A DNA stretch of 64,000 nt from an uncultured delta proteobacterium (GCA_963803435.1 CAWDML010000009.1:1728001-1792000), one strand, 5' to 3'; counted from the stretch's first letter, positions 20,041 to 30,383 are shown. The notes: a model not told the origin generated them from the letters alone. A program made the numbers and translations.

Positions 20041-20475
20041 ATGAAGGCGATGGCGCGCTGCACGAGCTCTCTCCGCATCGCGGTCCTCGCGATCGCGGCC
20101 AGCTTTCTCTTGACACCCTTGGTCCTCACCGCCGCCACGGCGGCGGCGACAGCGAAGGAGAAGAGAGCGCCGTCGAAGAAGAAACCTGCGGCGCGGAAGC
20201 GCAGCACTCCACCGGCGAAAAAGACCGTCACTCCCAAGAAAGGAACGGCCGTCGCCCCTCCCGTCGAGGAGAAGAAGGTCGAATCGGATCTCGTGCCCTC
20301 GGCGGATCTTCGGGGACCCACCCGACTCGATTTCGACGATCGCCTTATCCAGGGCCAGACCAACAAGAGCGGCGCGGTGTACCTCTTCGATCGCAAGGAG
20401 ACGGGCATCAGCAGCATGGTTCGAAGGCGGAAGTCCTTCCGCCAGCTCACCCTCCGCACCATCTACGATCATTGA
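20041..20475 (+). CDS. Small exported CglF/GltF-like protein with Lys/Pro-rich linker
   Basis: Signal peptide; C-terminal [25 protein letters not shown]...SMVRRRKSF resembles the GltF motif; lies directly before a GltG-like gene. Confidence 0.6.
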   Translation: MKAMARCTSSLRIAVLAIAASFLLTPLVLTAATAAATAKEKRAPSKKKPAARKRSTPPAKKTVTPKKGTAVAPPVEEKKVESDLVPSADLRGPTRLDFDDRLIQGQTNKSGAVYLFDRKETGISSMVRRRKSFRQLTLRTIYDH

Positions 20476-20484
20476 GAGAGGCCG

Positions 20485-22779
20485 ATGACCGAACCCTCAG
20501 TTCTCCAGGTCTTCGTCTTCAGAGCCGGCCAGTATGTCGGGAGCGAGATCTTCACCGAAGAAGAGATCGTGATCGGATGTGGCGAGGGTGTCGATCTCGC
20601 GCTCGACGACGCGGCGGTCGCCGCCAACCACGCCATCCTCAGCCACGCCAACGAGCAGGCTACCCTGCTGGATCTCGGCGCGCCCAACGGTACGCTGATC
20701 AACCGCACGCCGATCCAGCACTCGTACGTGACGCCGCGCGACGAGATCCAGATCGGTTCGTACACGCTCAAGATCAAGTTCATGAGCTCGAAGAAGCCGT
20801 CCCTCGCGCCGGGGCCGGCACCGGCCCCGCGCGCCGCTTCGCCCTCGCCCGCCCGCGCGCTCTCTCAACCCGCAGCGCTGGCGAGCGATCTCTCCAACGA
20901 CGAGCCGACGCAGATCGCCCAGCAGAAGAAGATCCGCACCGAGGTCGTGCCGCGAGAGCCGCAAGGTCCTTCCTCGATCGACGACCTGATCAACGGTGAG
21001 CTGTCCCGGACGTTCGGCGAGATCACGGCCTCGATCGAGATCTCCGGATCCGACGTGGTGGCGGCGCGACCGATCAGCGGCGTCAAGATGCCGAAGCGCT
21101 CGCAGCCCAGCACCGCGCGCGAGTCCCAGAAGACCAAGCCGATCGTCCAGATGGAGCGGCCGGTCGAGCGGGTGGCGCCGGAGCGGATCCCGGATCGCGC
21201 GTTCGAGCCGGCGGCACCCTACGGGATCGACGATCTCTATGGCGACGTCCGCGCGCCGGTCACCAAGCCGATGGGCCAGCCGCCGCTGGCGCAGCCCCGT
21301 GTGGAGCTCGAGGCGCCGTCGCCCGTCGAGCGCGCGCGCCCGTTGCCGAGGCCGGCCGACGACGAGATCGACGAAGAGGATCTCGACGCCTCCACGCGCC
21401 CTGGCTTCTCGCTCGTGCAGAAGCTCCGCGAGGCCGAACGCGGGTTGCGGCCGGGATCGGCCCTCGAGGTGATCGGCTTCTCCGACGACGACGTGCGGGC
21501 GGCGGAGCTCCTCTCCAAGAAGGGCGAGCGGTTCGTGCTGGGCCGAGGCAAGCACCGAGAGGCGCCCGACGCGGGCTACCCGGGCCTCAAGATCGCACGG
21601 ATGGTGGGAGACGGCGCCGCCGAGATCCAGTTCCCGACCGCCGCCGCCGGATGGATCGAGGCCCAGGGCAAGCGAACCCCGCTCGACACGCTCAAGATCC
21701 CGCAGAACGCCGTCTCGAGGAAGGGCGACGTGTTCCGCACGAGGTTGTCCCGCGGATCGACCGCCATCCTCCAGTTCGGGGGCACGGGGTACTACTTCCG
21801 CTTCGTCGAGCCCCCGCCGACCCGTGAGGAGCCGTTCAAGCTGGTGGTCGATCGCTTCATCGCGAAGGCGGTCGCCACCTCCTTCGCCGTCCACCTGGTG
21901 ATCCTGCTGATGGTCGCCCTCTTCTCGGAGGGCGTCAGCTACAGCGACGTCCCGCGCGAGGAGTGGGCCGAGCTCACCAAGGACGACCTGCGCGACGTCG
22001 AGATCAAGGAGCCCGAGCCACCGCCGCCGGAGCCGGAGCCCGAGCCTGAGCCGGTCGTGGATGAGCCCGAGCCCGAGCCCGAGCCGGATCCCAAGCCGCC
22101 GCCGCCGCGCCGAAAGCACGAGAAACGGGTCAGGCAGGCCCCGAAGGGCTTCAGCAAGGAAGAGGTCAAGACGGCCGGCGTGCTGGGCGCGATGGGCAAG
22201 CTGAACCTCAAGGTCCCGGGCAAGAAGAGCATGGTGACCGCCGTGTCGAACATCGACGCCGTTCATGCGCCGGGCGGCTCCAACTTCCGCGTGGGCGCGC
22301 TGGTCGGGAAGCTGCCCTCGTCGCAGGTGAGCGTGGGTGGTGGCGGAGGCGGAAAGCTGCTCACCCGCGGCGGCGCCGAGCTGCTCAAGGGCGGCACCGG
22401 CTTCGCCCAGATCGGCAAGCAGAACGGCGCACGCGTGCGTGGAAAGGTCGGCAAGGTCAACTCCACGCGATTGGTCGCAAAGGGCAGCATCTCGCGCGAA
22501 GAGGTGGCCGCGGTGATCAACAAGCACCTCGCCGAGGTTCAGTACTGCTATGAAAAGACGCTGCTGAAGGAACCGGGGCTTCAGGGGAAGCTTGTGCTCG
22601 AGTGGACGATCAACCCCACAGGCTCGGTCGGCCGCGTGAAGCAGAAGACCTCTACGCTGCACAACCCTGCCGTCGCCAGCTGCATCATCGCGGGCCTCCA
22701 GCGCTGGCAGTTCCCGAAGCCGCGCGGGGGCCTGGTGATCGTGTCGTACCCGTTCATCTTCAGCTCGGTCGGGTTCTGA
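20485..22779 (+). CDS. GltG-like inner-membrane protein: FHA, TM, Pro-rich linker, AgmX/PglI (TonB-C-like) C-terminal domain
   Basis: N-terminal FHA (LLDLGAPNGTLIN); TM SFAVHLVILL with TonB-box-like SxxxH; EP repeats; VQYCYEKTLLKEPGLQGKL...WQFPKPRGG...VSYPFIF. Confidence 0.85.
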   Translation: MTEPSVLQVFVFRAGQYVGSEIFTEEEIVIGCGEGVDLALDDAAVAANHAILSHANEQATLLDLGAPNGTLINRTPIQHSYVTPRDEIQIGSYTLKIKFMSSKKPSLAPGPAPAPRAASPSPARALSQPAALASDLSNDEPTQIAQQKKIRTEVVPREPQGPSSIDDLINGELSRTFGEITASIEISGSDVVAARPISGVKMPKRSQPSTARESQKTKPIVQMERPVERVAPERIPDRAFEPAAPYGIDDLYGDVRAPVTKPMGQPPLAQPRVELEAPSPVERARPLPRPADDEIDEEDLDASTRPGFSLVQKLREAERGLRPGSALEVIGFSDDDVRAAELLSKKGERFVLGRGKHREAPDAGYPGLKIARMVGDGAAEIQFPTAAAGWIEAQGKRTPLDTLKIPQNAVSRKGDVFRTRLSRGSTAILQFGGTGYYFRFVEPPPTREEPFKLVVDRFIAKAVATSFAVHLVILLMVALFSEGVSYSDVPREEWAELTKDDLRDVEIKEPEPPPPEPEPEPEPVVDEPEPEPEPDPKPPPPRRKHEKRVRQAPKGFSKEEVKTAGVLGAMGKLNLKVPGKKSMVTAVSNIDAVHAPGGSNFRVGALVGKLPSSQVSVGGGGGGKLLTRGGAELLKGGTGFAQIGKQNGARVRGKVGKVNSTRLVAKGSISREEVAAVINKHLAEVQYCYEKTLLKEPGLQGKLVLEWTINPTGSVGRVKQKTSTLHNPAVASCIIAGLQRWQFPKPRGGLVIVSYPFIFSSVGF

Positions 22780-22794
22780 AGTAGCCTCCCTCCC

Positions 22795-23457
22795 GTGAGC
22801 GGGATTCGAAGCATCGCAGCTGCGGTGATCGTGTCGACCGCGTTCCCGGTCTTGGCTCATGCCGACGAGGACGGTGGGCGCGTCGCGATCCAGCGGAGAA
22901 AATACCAGATGGCGCACGAGCTTCGGCTCTCGATCGGCACGATGCCGGTCGACCCGTTCCAGAAGGGGTGGTCGGCCAGCCTCGCGTATACCGTGCACTT
23001 CGACTACCTGGCCTGGGAGGTCTTCCAGATCACCGGCGCGCTCTTGACGTCGACCGGGCTCAAGAAGGGATTGGAGTCGACGTTCGCGATCCCACCGGAC
23101 GACTTCGCCGCGCCGCGCTTCGTCGCCACCACCGGCATCGAGGTGACCCCGTTCTACGGCAAGCAGGCGCTCTTCAACGGCGCCATCCTCCACCAGAGCC
23201 TGCTGATCGGGCTGTACGCCGGCGCCATCTTCGGCGCCCGCCAGACGATCGCCGACACGCTCACCGACGTCCGCCCCGCGATCGGGCTGGGGATCGGGTG
23301 GCGCTTCTTCCTCAACGAGGTCCTCTCGATCCGCCTCGACGTCCGCAACTTCGTCGACTTCCGCCGCGCCGTCCGGGCCAACGAGAAGTTCGACGTCGAG
23401 GACGTGCTGCTGGGTACGTTCTCCTTCTCCATCAACATGGGGAGGGACGACGCATGA
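22795..23457 (+). CDS. Outer-membrane beta-barrel protein (GltA/GltB-like)
   Basis: Signal ...AHA|DE; VAIQRRKYQMAHEL, DPF, TPFYGKQALF, GIGWRFFLN, IRLDVR. Confidence 0.75.
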   Translation: MSGIRSIAAAVIVSTAFPVLAHADEDGGRVAIQRRKYQMAHELRLSIGTMPVDPFQKGWSASLAYTVHFDYLAWEVFQITGALLTSTGLKKGLESTFAIPPDDFAAPRFVATTGIEVTPFYGKQALFNGAILHQSLLIGLYAGAIFGARQTIADTLTDVRPAIGLGIGWRFFLNEVLSIRLDVRNFVDFRRAVRANEKFDVEDVLLGTFSFSINMGRDDA

Positions 23458-24233
23458 AGACGCGTATCCTCGGGGCGTTGATCGCCGCCCGCCTCTTCGC
23501 AACCCAGCCTGCGTTCGCGAGCGACCAGGACGATCTCGGCACCGGACACGTGGTCGCGGTGGAGGATCGGCCCTATCGCATGGTGCACGAGTTCACGGTC
23601 ACCGCCGGCGTGCTCCCGGCCGACGCCCTCTACACGGGGCTCACGCTGGGCGGGTCCTACACGCTCCATCTCACCGATCTATGGGCCTGGGAGGCCGTCA
23701 ACTTCCACTACTCGGCCAACATCGACAGCGGGCTCGACAACACCCTGGCCGATCGCTGGTCGGTCGCGCCCGAGAGCAACCCCGAGATCCGCTACATGAT
23801 CGGCTCGGAGATCGTGCTGACTCCGCTCTTCGGGAAGATCAGCCTCTTCAACAGCTCGATCATCTACGCCTCCACCTTCTTCGCGCTCGGGGGCGGCGTG
23901 GCCCGCTACACCACCGGTTTCCGGCCGCAGGGCACGTTCGGCCCCGGGATCCGCGTCTTCCTGGGGAAGGTGGTCTCGACGCGGCTCGATCTGCGCGCGT
24001 CCCTGGTCCCGGACATCCCGACCGGCGTCGACTTCATCCTCCACGTCATGCTCTCGGTCTCGTTCAACTTCGGGAGCACGCGCGCCACCGAGCTCGGCCA
24101 GGGCGACGAGGTCGTCGACAACACCACCGGCTTCGAGGCGCTCGACGAGCTCTATCCGCTCAGCAACCCGAACCTGGGCAAGAAGAAGGAGACGAAGCAG
24201 GCGCCGTCCCCGGACGAGGGGGACGAGCGATGA
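23454..24233 (+). CDS. Second outer-membrane beta-barrel protein (GltA/GltB-like)
   Basis: ATG overlaps the previous stop; VAVEDRPYRMVHEF, TPLFGKISLF, GPGIRVFL, RLDLR; paralogous to the preceding gene. Confidence 0.75.
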   Translation: MKTRILGALIAARLFATQPAFASDQDDLGTGHVVAVEDRPYRMVHEFTVTAGVLPADALYTGLTLGGSYTLHLTDLWAWEAVNFHYSANIDSGLDNTLADRWSVAPESNPEIRYMIGSEIVLTPLFGKISLFNSSIIYASTFFALGGGVARYTTGFRPQGTFGPGIRVFLGKVVSTRLDLRASLVPDIPTGVDFILHVMLSVSFNFGSTRATELGQGDEVVDNTTGFEALDELYPLSNPNLGKKKETKQAPSPDEGDER

Positions 24234-25750
24234 TGCCGTACGCCCTCGCCGGGCAGCTCCTGATCCTCGCGATCGGCGAGGCCACCGCGCCGCCGCCCGC
24301 CCCGCCGCCGAAGGCCGACGCCAAGGAGGCCGCCGACGCCGAGGCAACCCCGCCCAAGTCGCGCCGTCCCGCCGCCGCCCCCACCGTCTTCCAGGACGGC
24401 CTGGGCGCGTTCTACTCGGACGACTTCGTCGGCGCCGCCGCCGACATGTACGACTACGTGTCGACGAACGAGGAGACCGTCGACAACTACGAGTGGGCCC
24501 AATACTTCCTCGGCCTCTCGCTCAGCCGGCTCGGCTTCAAGCACGGCGCCGCGGAGTACCTGTTCGAGGTGGCCAAGAATCGGTCGCACCCGGAGATCCT
24601 CCCGGACGCGCTCACCGAGATCGAGGAGCTCGCCAAGTCGCCGCACGACGAGGAGCTGCTGGACCAGCGGCTGATCGTGGACAACGAGTTCGGCTACCTC
24701 CCGCCGTACGTCTCCGACTTCGTGGACTACACCAAGGGCCTGTTCGACCTCCGCGACGGGCGGGTCGACTGGGCGGAGCGCCTGTTCGATCGGATCCCGG
24801 ACGACAGCAGCTTCAAGCCGAAGGCGATCTACGCCCTGGCCGTCCAGCGGCTCAAGACCAACCGGATGACCGACGCCGTCAAGGGGTTCCGGATCGTCCT
24901 CGATCACCCGCACGCCGACCGCGACCTCCGCAACGAGGCCCGCCTCGCGCTCGCCCGCGTCCTCTACGAGAAGGAGCGCTACGCGGCGGCCCGGAAGATC
25001 TACGACCAGGTCGAGGTACCGGAGCTGTCGGTCGCCGAGGCCTCGCTGTACCTGGAGAAGGCGTGGACCAGCTACTGGCTCCACGACTACCGGAAGACGA
25101 TGGGCATCCTCTACGCGCTGGAGGCCCCCAGCTACCGCGACTACTTCGCGCCGGAGAAGTACCTGCTCCGCGCGCTCGTCTACAAGAACCTCTGCCACTA
25201 CATCCCAGCCAAGCGCGAGATCCGCCGCTTCCGCTTCCGCTTCGACGAGACCCTGGAGAACATCCGCGGCCGGATCGACCTGAGAGAGGACGATCGGCTG
25301 CGCGTCGCCGCCCTCCAGCGGGGTGAGCTCAAGCGGCTGGCGGACTTCCGGCGGCTGCTCACCCGCGAGGCCGATCGAATCGACACGATCGGCGGCCGCT
25401 GGGTCGAGGTCGAGCTCGAGTCGCAGCTGCACCACATCTACCAGCTGAAGGCACAGCAGGTCGATCTGGAGATCGACGCCGAGCTCCGCAAGGGCGCCCG
25501 TGCCGTGGGCAAGGAGCTGGTCGAGTTCGAGGAGCAGATGTACCTGCTCGACTACGAGATCGGCCTCGAGATCTACCGGCGGCTCAAGAAGGAAGACGCC
25601 CGCCGCCCGACCGAGCAGGATGACCTCACGATCCCGTCGGGCGGCGATCAGAACTACTACGAGTTCGTCGACGAGTTCTGGAACGACGAGCTCCCCCGCT
25701 ACCAGTTCTATGTCGAGAACCGCTGCTTCGATGAAGGAGGAGAGGACTGA
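24230..25750 (+). CDS. GltC-like periplasmic TPR protein
   Basis: Signal peptide; TPRs (EARLALARVLYE, LYLEKAW, FAPEKYLLRALVYKNLC); C-terminal EFWNDELPRYQFYVENRC like the GltC end motif. Confidence 0.75.
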   Translation: MMPYALAGQLLILAIGEATAPPPAPPPKADAKEAADAEATPPKSRRPAAAPTVFQDGLGAFYSDDFVGAAADMYDYVSTNEETVDNYEWAQYFLGLSLSRLGFKHGAAEYLFEVAKNRSHPEILPDALTEIEELAKSPHDEELLDQRLIVDNEFGYLPPYVSDFVDYTKGLFDLRDGRVDWAERLFDRIPDDSSFKPKAIYALAVQRLKTNRMTDAVKGFRIVLDHPHADRDLRNEARLALARVLYEKERYAAARKIYDQVEVPELSVAEASLYLEKAWTSYWLHDYRKTMGILYALEAPSYRDYFAPEKYLLRALVYKNLCHYIPAKREIRRFRFRFDETLENIRGRIDLREDDRLRVAALQRGELKRLADFRRLLTREADRIDTIGGRWVEVELESQLHHIYQLKAQQVDLEIDAELRKGARAVGKELVEFEEQMYLLDYEIGLEIYRRLKKEDARRPTEQDDLTIPSGGDQNYYEFVDEFWNDELPRYQFYVENRCFDEGGED

Positions 25751-28700
25751 TGCATGCCCTCGTCCTGATCCTCGCGCTCCAGACCGGCCAGCTGCCGGGC
25801 CAGGAGGGCTTCCGCAGCCAGGCGCAGCAGCGTCAGGAGTTCATCAACAAGCTGAGGCGCGACATCGCCAAGGTGGCCCACTCGGTGGAGGTGACCCAGG
25901 AGCTGATCGGACGCTCCCGCGGCGCGCCCTTCCTCCCGGACATCTACCTCCGATTGGCCGAGCTCTACGTGGAGCAGGCGCGCTACGAGTTCTATCTGGT
26001 CCACGAGCTCCGAGGTGAGAACTCGAAGGGCTCGGTGGTGGCGCCCACCGCCAAGCTCTTGAAGGAGAAGGCGGTCGAGACCTACAGCCGGATCCTCCAG
26101 GACTGGCCGGACTTCAAGGACAACGACAAGGTGCTCTTCTTCCTCGGCCACGAGTACCGCGAGCTCGGGCAGTACGACGACATGATCGCCCGCTACGAGG
26201 AGCTGGTCAGCAAGTACCCGAAGAGCGAGCTGGTGATGGACGCCTACCTGGTGCTCGGCGACCACCGCTTCGACAAGCAGGATCTGGTCGGCGCCAAGCG
26301 CTACTACCAGAAGATCCTCGACTCGCCGGCGAACCCGGTCCACGACCTCGCCCACTTCAAGATGGGCTGGGTCTTCCTCAACGAGTCCGACTACAAGGAG
26401 GCGCTGCAGCACTTCGAGGCGGCGGCGGCGTCGCGGTACGATGACGACGCCAAGGGCTCGCGCCACGAGAAGTCGCGCCTGGTCAACGTCAAGCGCGAGG
26501 CCCTGATCGACCTGGCCTACGCCTATACCGAGGTGCGCAAGCCGAAGGGCGCGCTGCGCTACTTCCGCCAGCTGGCGCGCTCGCGAAACATGTACCTCTT
26601 GGCCCTCGAGAAGCTGGGCCGCCGGTACTTCGTGAAGCAGGACTTCAACGCGTCGGCGATGGTCTATCGCGAGATCACGCGGCTGTCGCACGACGCCGAG
26701 GAGAACCTCGACTTCACCAACCGTATCTACGCTGCGGCCAAGGCCGCCAAGAACTACCGGCTGGTGCACCTCGACACCGACGAGATGCTCGACGCGCTCG
26801 ACGGCTACCGCTTCGACTGGCGCGTCCCCCAGGCGCAGCGGGACGCCGCCACCAACGACTTCGAGCAGTACGCCCGCGACCTGGCCACCCGGGCGCAGGC
26901 CGCCGCCCTGGCCGGCGACAAGACGATCCTCCCCCGCGTCGCCCAGGCCTATTCGCGCTACCTGGAGAGCTTCCCGGACAACCCGCACCACGCCGACATC
27001 GTCGACAACCTGGCGGACTCGCTGTTCGAGGCCAAGCTCTACGTGGAGGCCGGCGACCGCTACCAGGAGTCGGCCGGGATGGCGAAGGACGACAAGGCCA
27101 AGGAGGAGGCGCTCTACAACGCGTGCGTCGCCTTCTCCGAGGCCCTGAAGAACACCTCCAAGATGGAGCGCTTCGATCGGATCTGGGCGCAGCAGGGTCT
27201 GATCCGGAACGGCGTCAACTACGTGGAGGCGTTCCCCAGCTCCGCGAAGGTCCCGCAGATCAAGCTCAACATCGGCCGCAGCTACTACGAGGCGGGCGAC
27301 TTCGAGCGGGCGATCGGGATCTTCGACGAGTTCATCGCCACCTATCCCACGCACCCGAGCGCGATCACGGTGGCCGACCTGATCCTCGACTCGTACGCGC
27401 AGCAGCAGGAGTACGCGAAGCTCGCCGAGCGCGCCAAGCAACTGGCGGGCGTGGCGAACCTGGGCGATCAGGCGTTCAAGAGCCGGATGATGTCGATGGC
27501 CAAGGGCGCCGAGGAGCGCCGAGATCGGCGAGGTCATCCTGACCGCCTCCATCGAGAAGCAGGCCGGCGGCAACGCGGGTGAGCAGCTCAAGAAGTACTG
27601 GGAGCAGAACAAGAGCTCGCCGGTGGCTGAGAAGACGCTCTACACCGCGTTCGTGCAGTACAAGGAGGCCCGCGACTTCGACAAGACCTTCGAGCTGGGC
27701 AATCAGTTCATCGGCGCCTATCCCAAGTCGGAGTACCTCGGCGACGTCTTCGGGACCCTCGCCGGCTTCACCACGCAGACGGGCGAATACGAGCAGGCGG
27801 CGGTCTATCTCGAGGAGTTCTACCGCCGCTTCCCCACGGATCCCTCGGCGCAGCGGATGCTGGCGCAGGCGGCCGCGATCAAGCAGCTGATCGGCGATCA
27901 CCGGGGCGCGATCGCGGCCTACCGCGAGCTCCTGGGCGCGGTGCGCGATCGGAACCTCAAGAGCGAGTACGCGTCGAAGATGCTGAGCTCCTACGAGGCG
28001 CTCAACGACTGGGACGGGATGCAGGCCGCCGCCGACAGCGTGCTCTCGGGCAACCCGCAGGACGTGAAGGCGCAGCTGATGCTCGGGCTCTCGGCGCAGA
28101 AGGGCGGCGACTTCGAGGCGGCCATCGGCGCGCTCCAGGCGGCGGTGTCGGCGGCGGGGCACACCTCGAACGATCAGGCGCAGGAGGACGCGGCGCGCGC
28201 GGCCTTCTCGCTGGGCGACATCATCTACCGGCAGTTCGAGAAGGTGGGCGTGGACGGCAACATCTCGCAGGCCGCCGAGCAGAAGGCGCAGCTCCTGGGC
28301 GAGCTGGAGGCGGCGCTGGTCGACGCGGTCGGCTACAACCGCGGCGAGTGGGCGGTCGCGGCGCTCCATCGCGCCGCCCTCGCCTACGCCAGCTTCGCCA
28401 AGTTCCTGCGCGACGCGCCTCCGCCCGACGGTCTCGCGGGCGCGCAGCTCGAGCAGTACAAGGCGGCGGTGGCCGAGCAGGCCGGCGCCATCCAGGCCAA
28501 GGCCGACGAGTTCTTCACCACCTGCGTGAAGAAGGCGCGCCAGCTCAACGTGTTCACCGGCGCGGTCCTCGGCTGCGTCGACAAGACCGACGAGAAGGCG
28601 ATCCCGCAGACGACGCCCAACGGATCGGCGCCGCCCAAGCAGAAGCAGGAAGAGCTGAAGCAGGCCCTCACCAAGAACCCGAAGGACCTCGACGCCATCG

Positions 28701-29044
28701 CGGAGCTCGCCGACTACTTCCTCCTCTCCGGTCAGCCGGCGAAGGCGAAGCTGATGGCCGCGCGCGGTCTGGAGATCGACGAGCGCGACGCCCGCTTCCA
28801 CAACAAGATCGGGATGGCGGACCTCCTGCTCGGTCACCCGCAGGATGCCTACTTCGGCTTCCAGCGGGCGGCCGACCTGAAACACCCCTACGCAGAGGCC
28901 AACCTGATCGCGCTGATGGTCGAGTTCAAGGACTTCGCGGGGGCCAAGAAGCTCGCGAAGGACGTCGAGGCCGACGACCTCCCCCAGGGTGCGGCCGACC
29001 TGGTGCCGGGCGCCTCTTCCGCTTATGCGCAGGTCGCGCGATAG
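25750..29044 (+). CDS. GltD/AgmU-like large TPR protein with GltE-like C-terminal TPRs (~1097 aa), split by an apparent +1 frameshift at ~27520
   Basis: ORFs 25750..27582 and 27623..29044 join if one base of gagcgcCgagatc is removed (..AEER-EIGEVILTASIEK..). Motifs PDIYLRLAELY, DKVLFFLG, YP.S, EWAVAAL. Confidence 0.75.
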
Positions 29045-29054
29045 AATTTTGCCC

Positions 29055-30383
29055 ATGAGGGCGTCCCTACTCTTCACCTCTCTGTTCGTCCTCTCGTGCT
29101 CGAGCGGCACGCCGCCGCCGGCCGACCTCAAGGACGCGGGCACGAACACCGGCAACGACGGCGGCGCGCAGGCCGGCGGCCCCGAGTTCGAGTTCGAGCT
29201 GGTGGTGGGATCGAACTCGAGCTCCAACTTCGGCGACAACCTGCGGCTGGCCGTGACCGGCGATGGGCGGCCGGCCGCTGCGTACGGCTACGTGGCGTCG
29301 GGCTCGGCCGAGCGCGAGATCCACGTGGCCGAGCAGGCCGCCGACGGTACCTGGACCGACGAGCGCGCGGTCATCCCGGGGGCGAACGCACCCAGCGGCG
29401 GCGACCTGGTGGGGCTCGGCTTCGGCTACGTCGACGGCGTCCCCTACCTCACGTACATCGGCGGCGACGACGACATGCTCCCGACCACGCCCTTCCCCAC
29501 CGACCTGATGCTGGCGAGCAAGCAGGGCGGCGCGTGGAGCGAGCGCACGCTCGTCGACACCTCCGGCGAGGCGGTGGGCGACTGTCCCGGCACGCAGAAC
29601 TACTGCAACTTCGGCGCGGTGGTCGGCACGCACTCGGCGCTGGCGGTGAAGCCGGGAGGCGGCGGCTTCGCGGTCGTCTACCGCGACACGCACAACGGCT
29701 TCGCCCGCGACGACTACGCCCGCTCCGACACCGAGGTCTACGCCGAGGGCGGACCGTTCACCAACTCCAACGTGGATGCGGTGCGCGGCACCGGCGCGTA
29801 CGCCGACATCGCCTGGCTCCCCGACGGCAACCTGGTGGTCGCCTACGATCTCGAGGAGCCGGACCCGAACGTCGATCGCCTGGGCGTCTGGGCCGCGGCC
29901 TACGACGGCGCCGCCTGGACGCGCACTCGGATCACGCCGAGCCAGACCTCGGCGCGCGTCAGCCTGGCGGTCGATCCGGACGGCGTCGTCTGGCTCGCGT
30001 TCTATGCTGCCGACACCTCCGACCTGGTGGTGGCCAGCTCGTCCGACAGCGGACAGACCTGGACCTCCGAGATGGTCGACTCGGCCGGGCGCACCGGCCT
30101 CTATCCGAGCCTCACCATCGACGCCGAAGGGCGCCCGGTGGTCGCGTACACCTACTGCGGTCCGCAATCGGAGAGCGACTGCCCGCAGTCATTGACGCCC
30201 AAGTCCGTGGTTCGACTGGCGAGAAGAGAGGGGACGGAGTGGAAGATCTATCTGGCCGACGACGGTGAAGGGAACGGCTACGTGGGCACGTTCAACTCGA
30301 TCGCGCTCCTGCCCGACGGCAAGTTGGGCATCGCCTTCCAGCACAGTCGCGACAAGGACGTGATCTTCCTCCGAGAGCAATGA
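29055..30383 (+). CDS. Beta-propeller lipoprotein (BNR/Asp-box-like)
   Basis: VLSC lipobox; repeated SLAVDPDG / SLTIDAEG blades; Asp-box SSDSGQTW. Confidence 0.65.
   Translation: MRASLLFTSLFVLSCSSGTPPPADLKDAGTNTGNDGGAQAGGPEFEFELVVGSNSSSNFGDNLRLAVTGDGRPAAAYGYVASGSAEREIHVAEQAADGTWTDERAVIPGANAPSGGDLVGLGFGYVDGVPYLTYIGGDDDMLPTTPFPTDLMLASKQGGAWSERTLVDTSGEAVGDCPGTQNYCNFGAVVGTHSALAVKPGGGGFAVVYRDTHNGFARDDYARSDTEVYAEGGPFTNSNVDAVRGTGAYADIAWLPDGNLVVAYDLEEPDPNVDRLGVWAAAYDGAAWTRTRITPSQTSARVSLAVDPDGVVWLAFYAADTSDLVVASSSDSGQTWTSEMVDSAGRTGLYPSLTIDAEGRPVVAYTYCGPQSESDCPQSLTPKSVVRLARREGTEWKIYLADDGEGNGYVGTFNSIALLPDGKLGIAFQHSRDKDVIFLREQ

Noticed and set aside
19842-20462. 207-aa N-terminal extension of the MtsC-like ORF
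   Set aside because: It is antisense to the GltF-like gene and spans the promoter region; the signal peptide begins at ATG 19841.
22010-22110. GAGCCC/GAGCCG short tandem repeats
   Set aside because: They encode the Glu-Pro periplasmic linker normal for TonB/GltG-like proteins.
27515-27525. Programmed frameshifting in the GltD-like gene
   Set aside because: No slippery sequence or evident stimulatory structure; three similar indels elsewhere point to assembly error.
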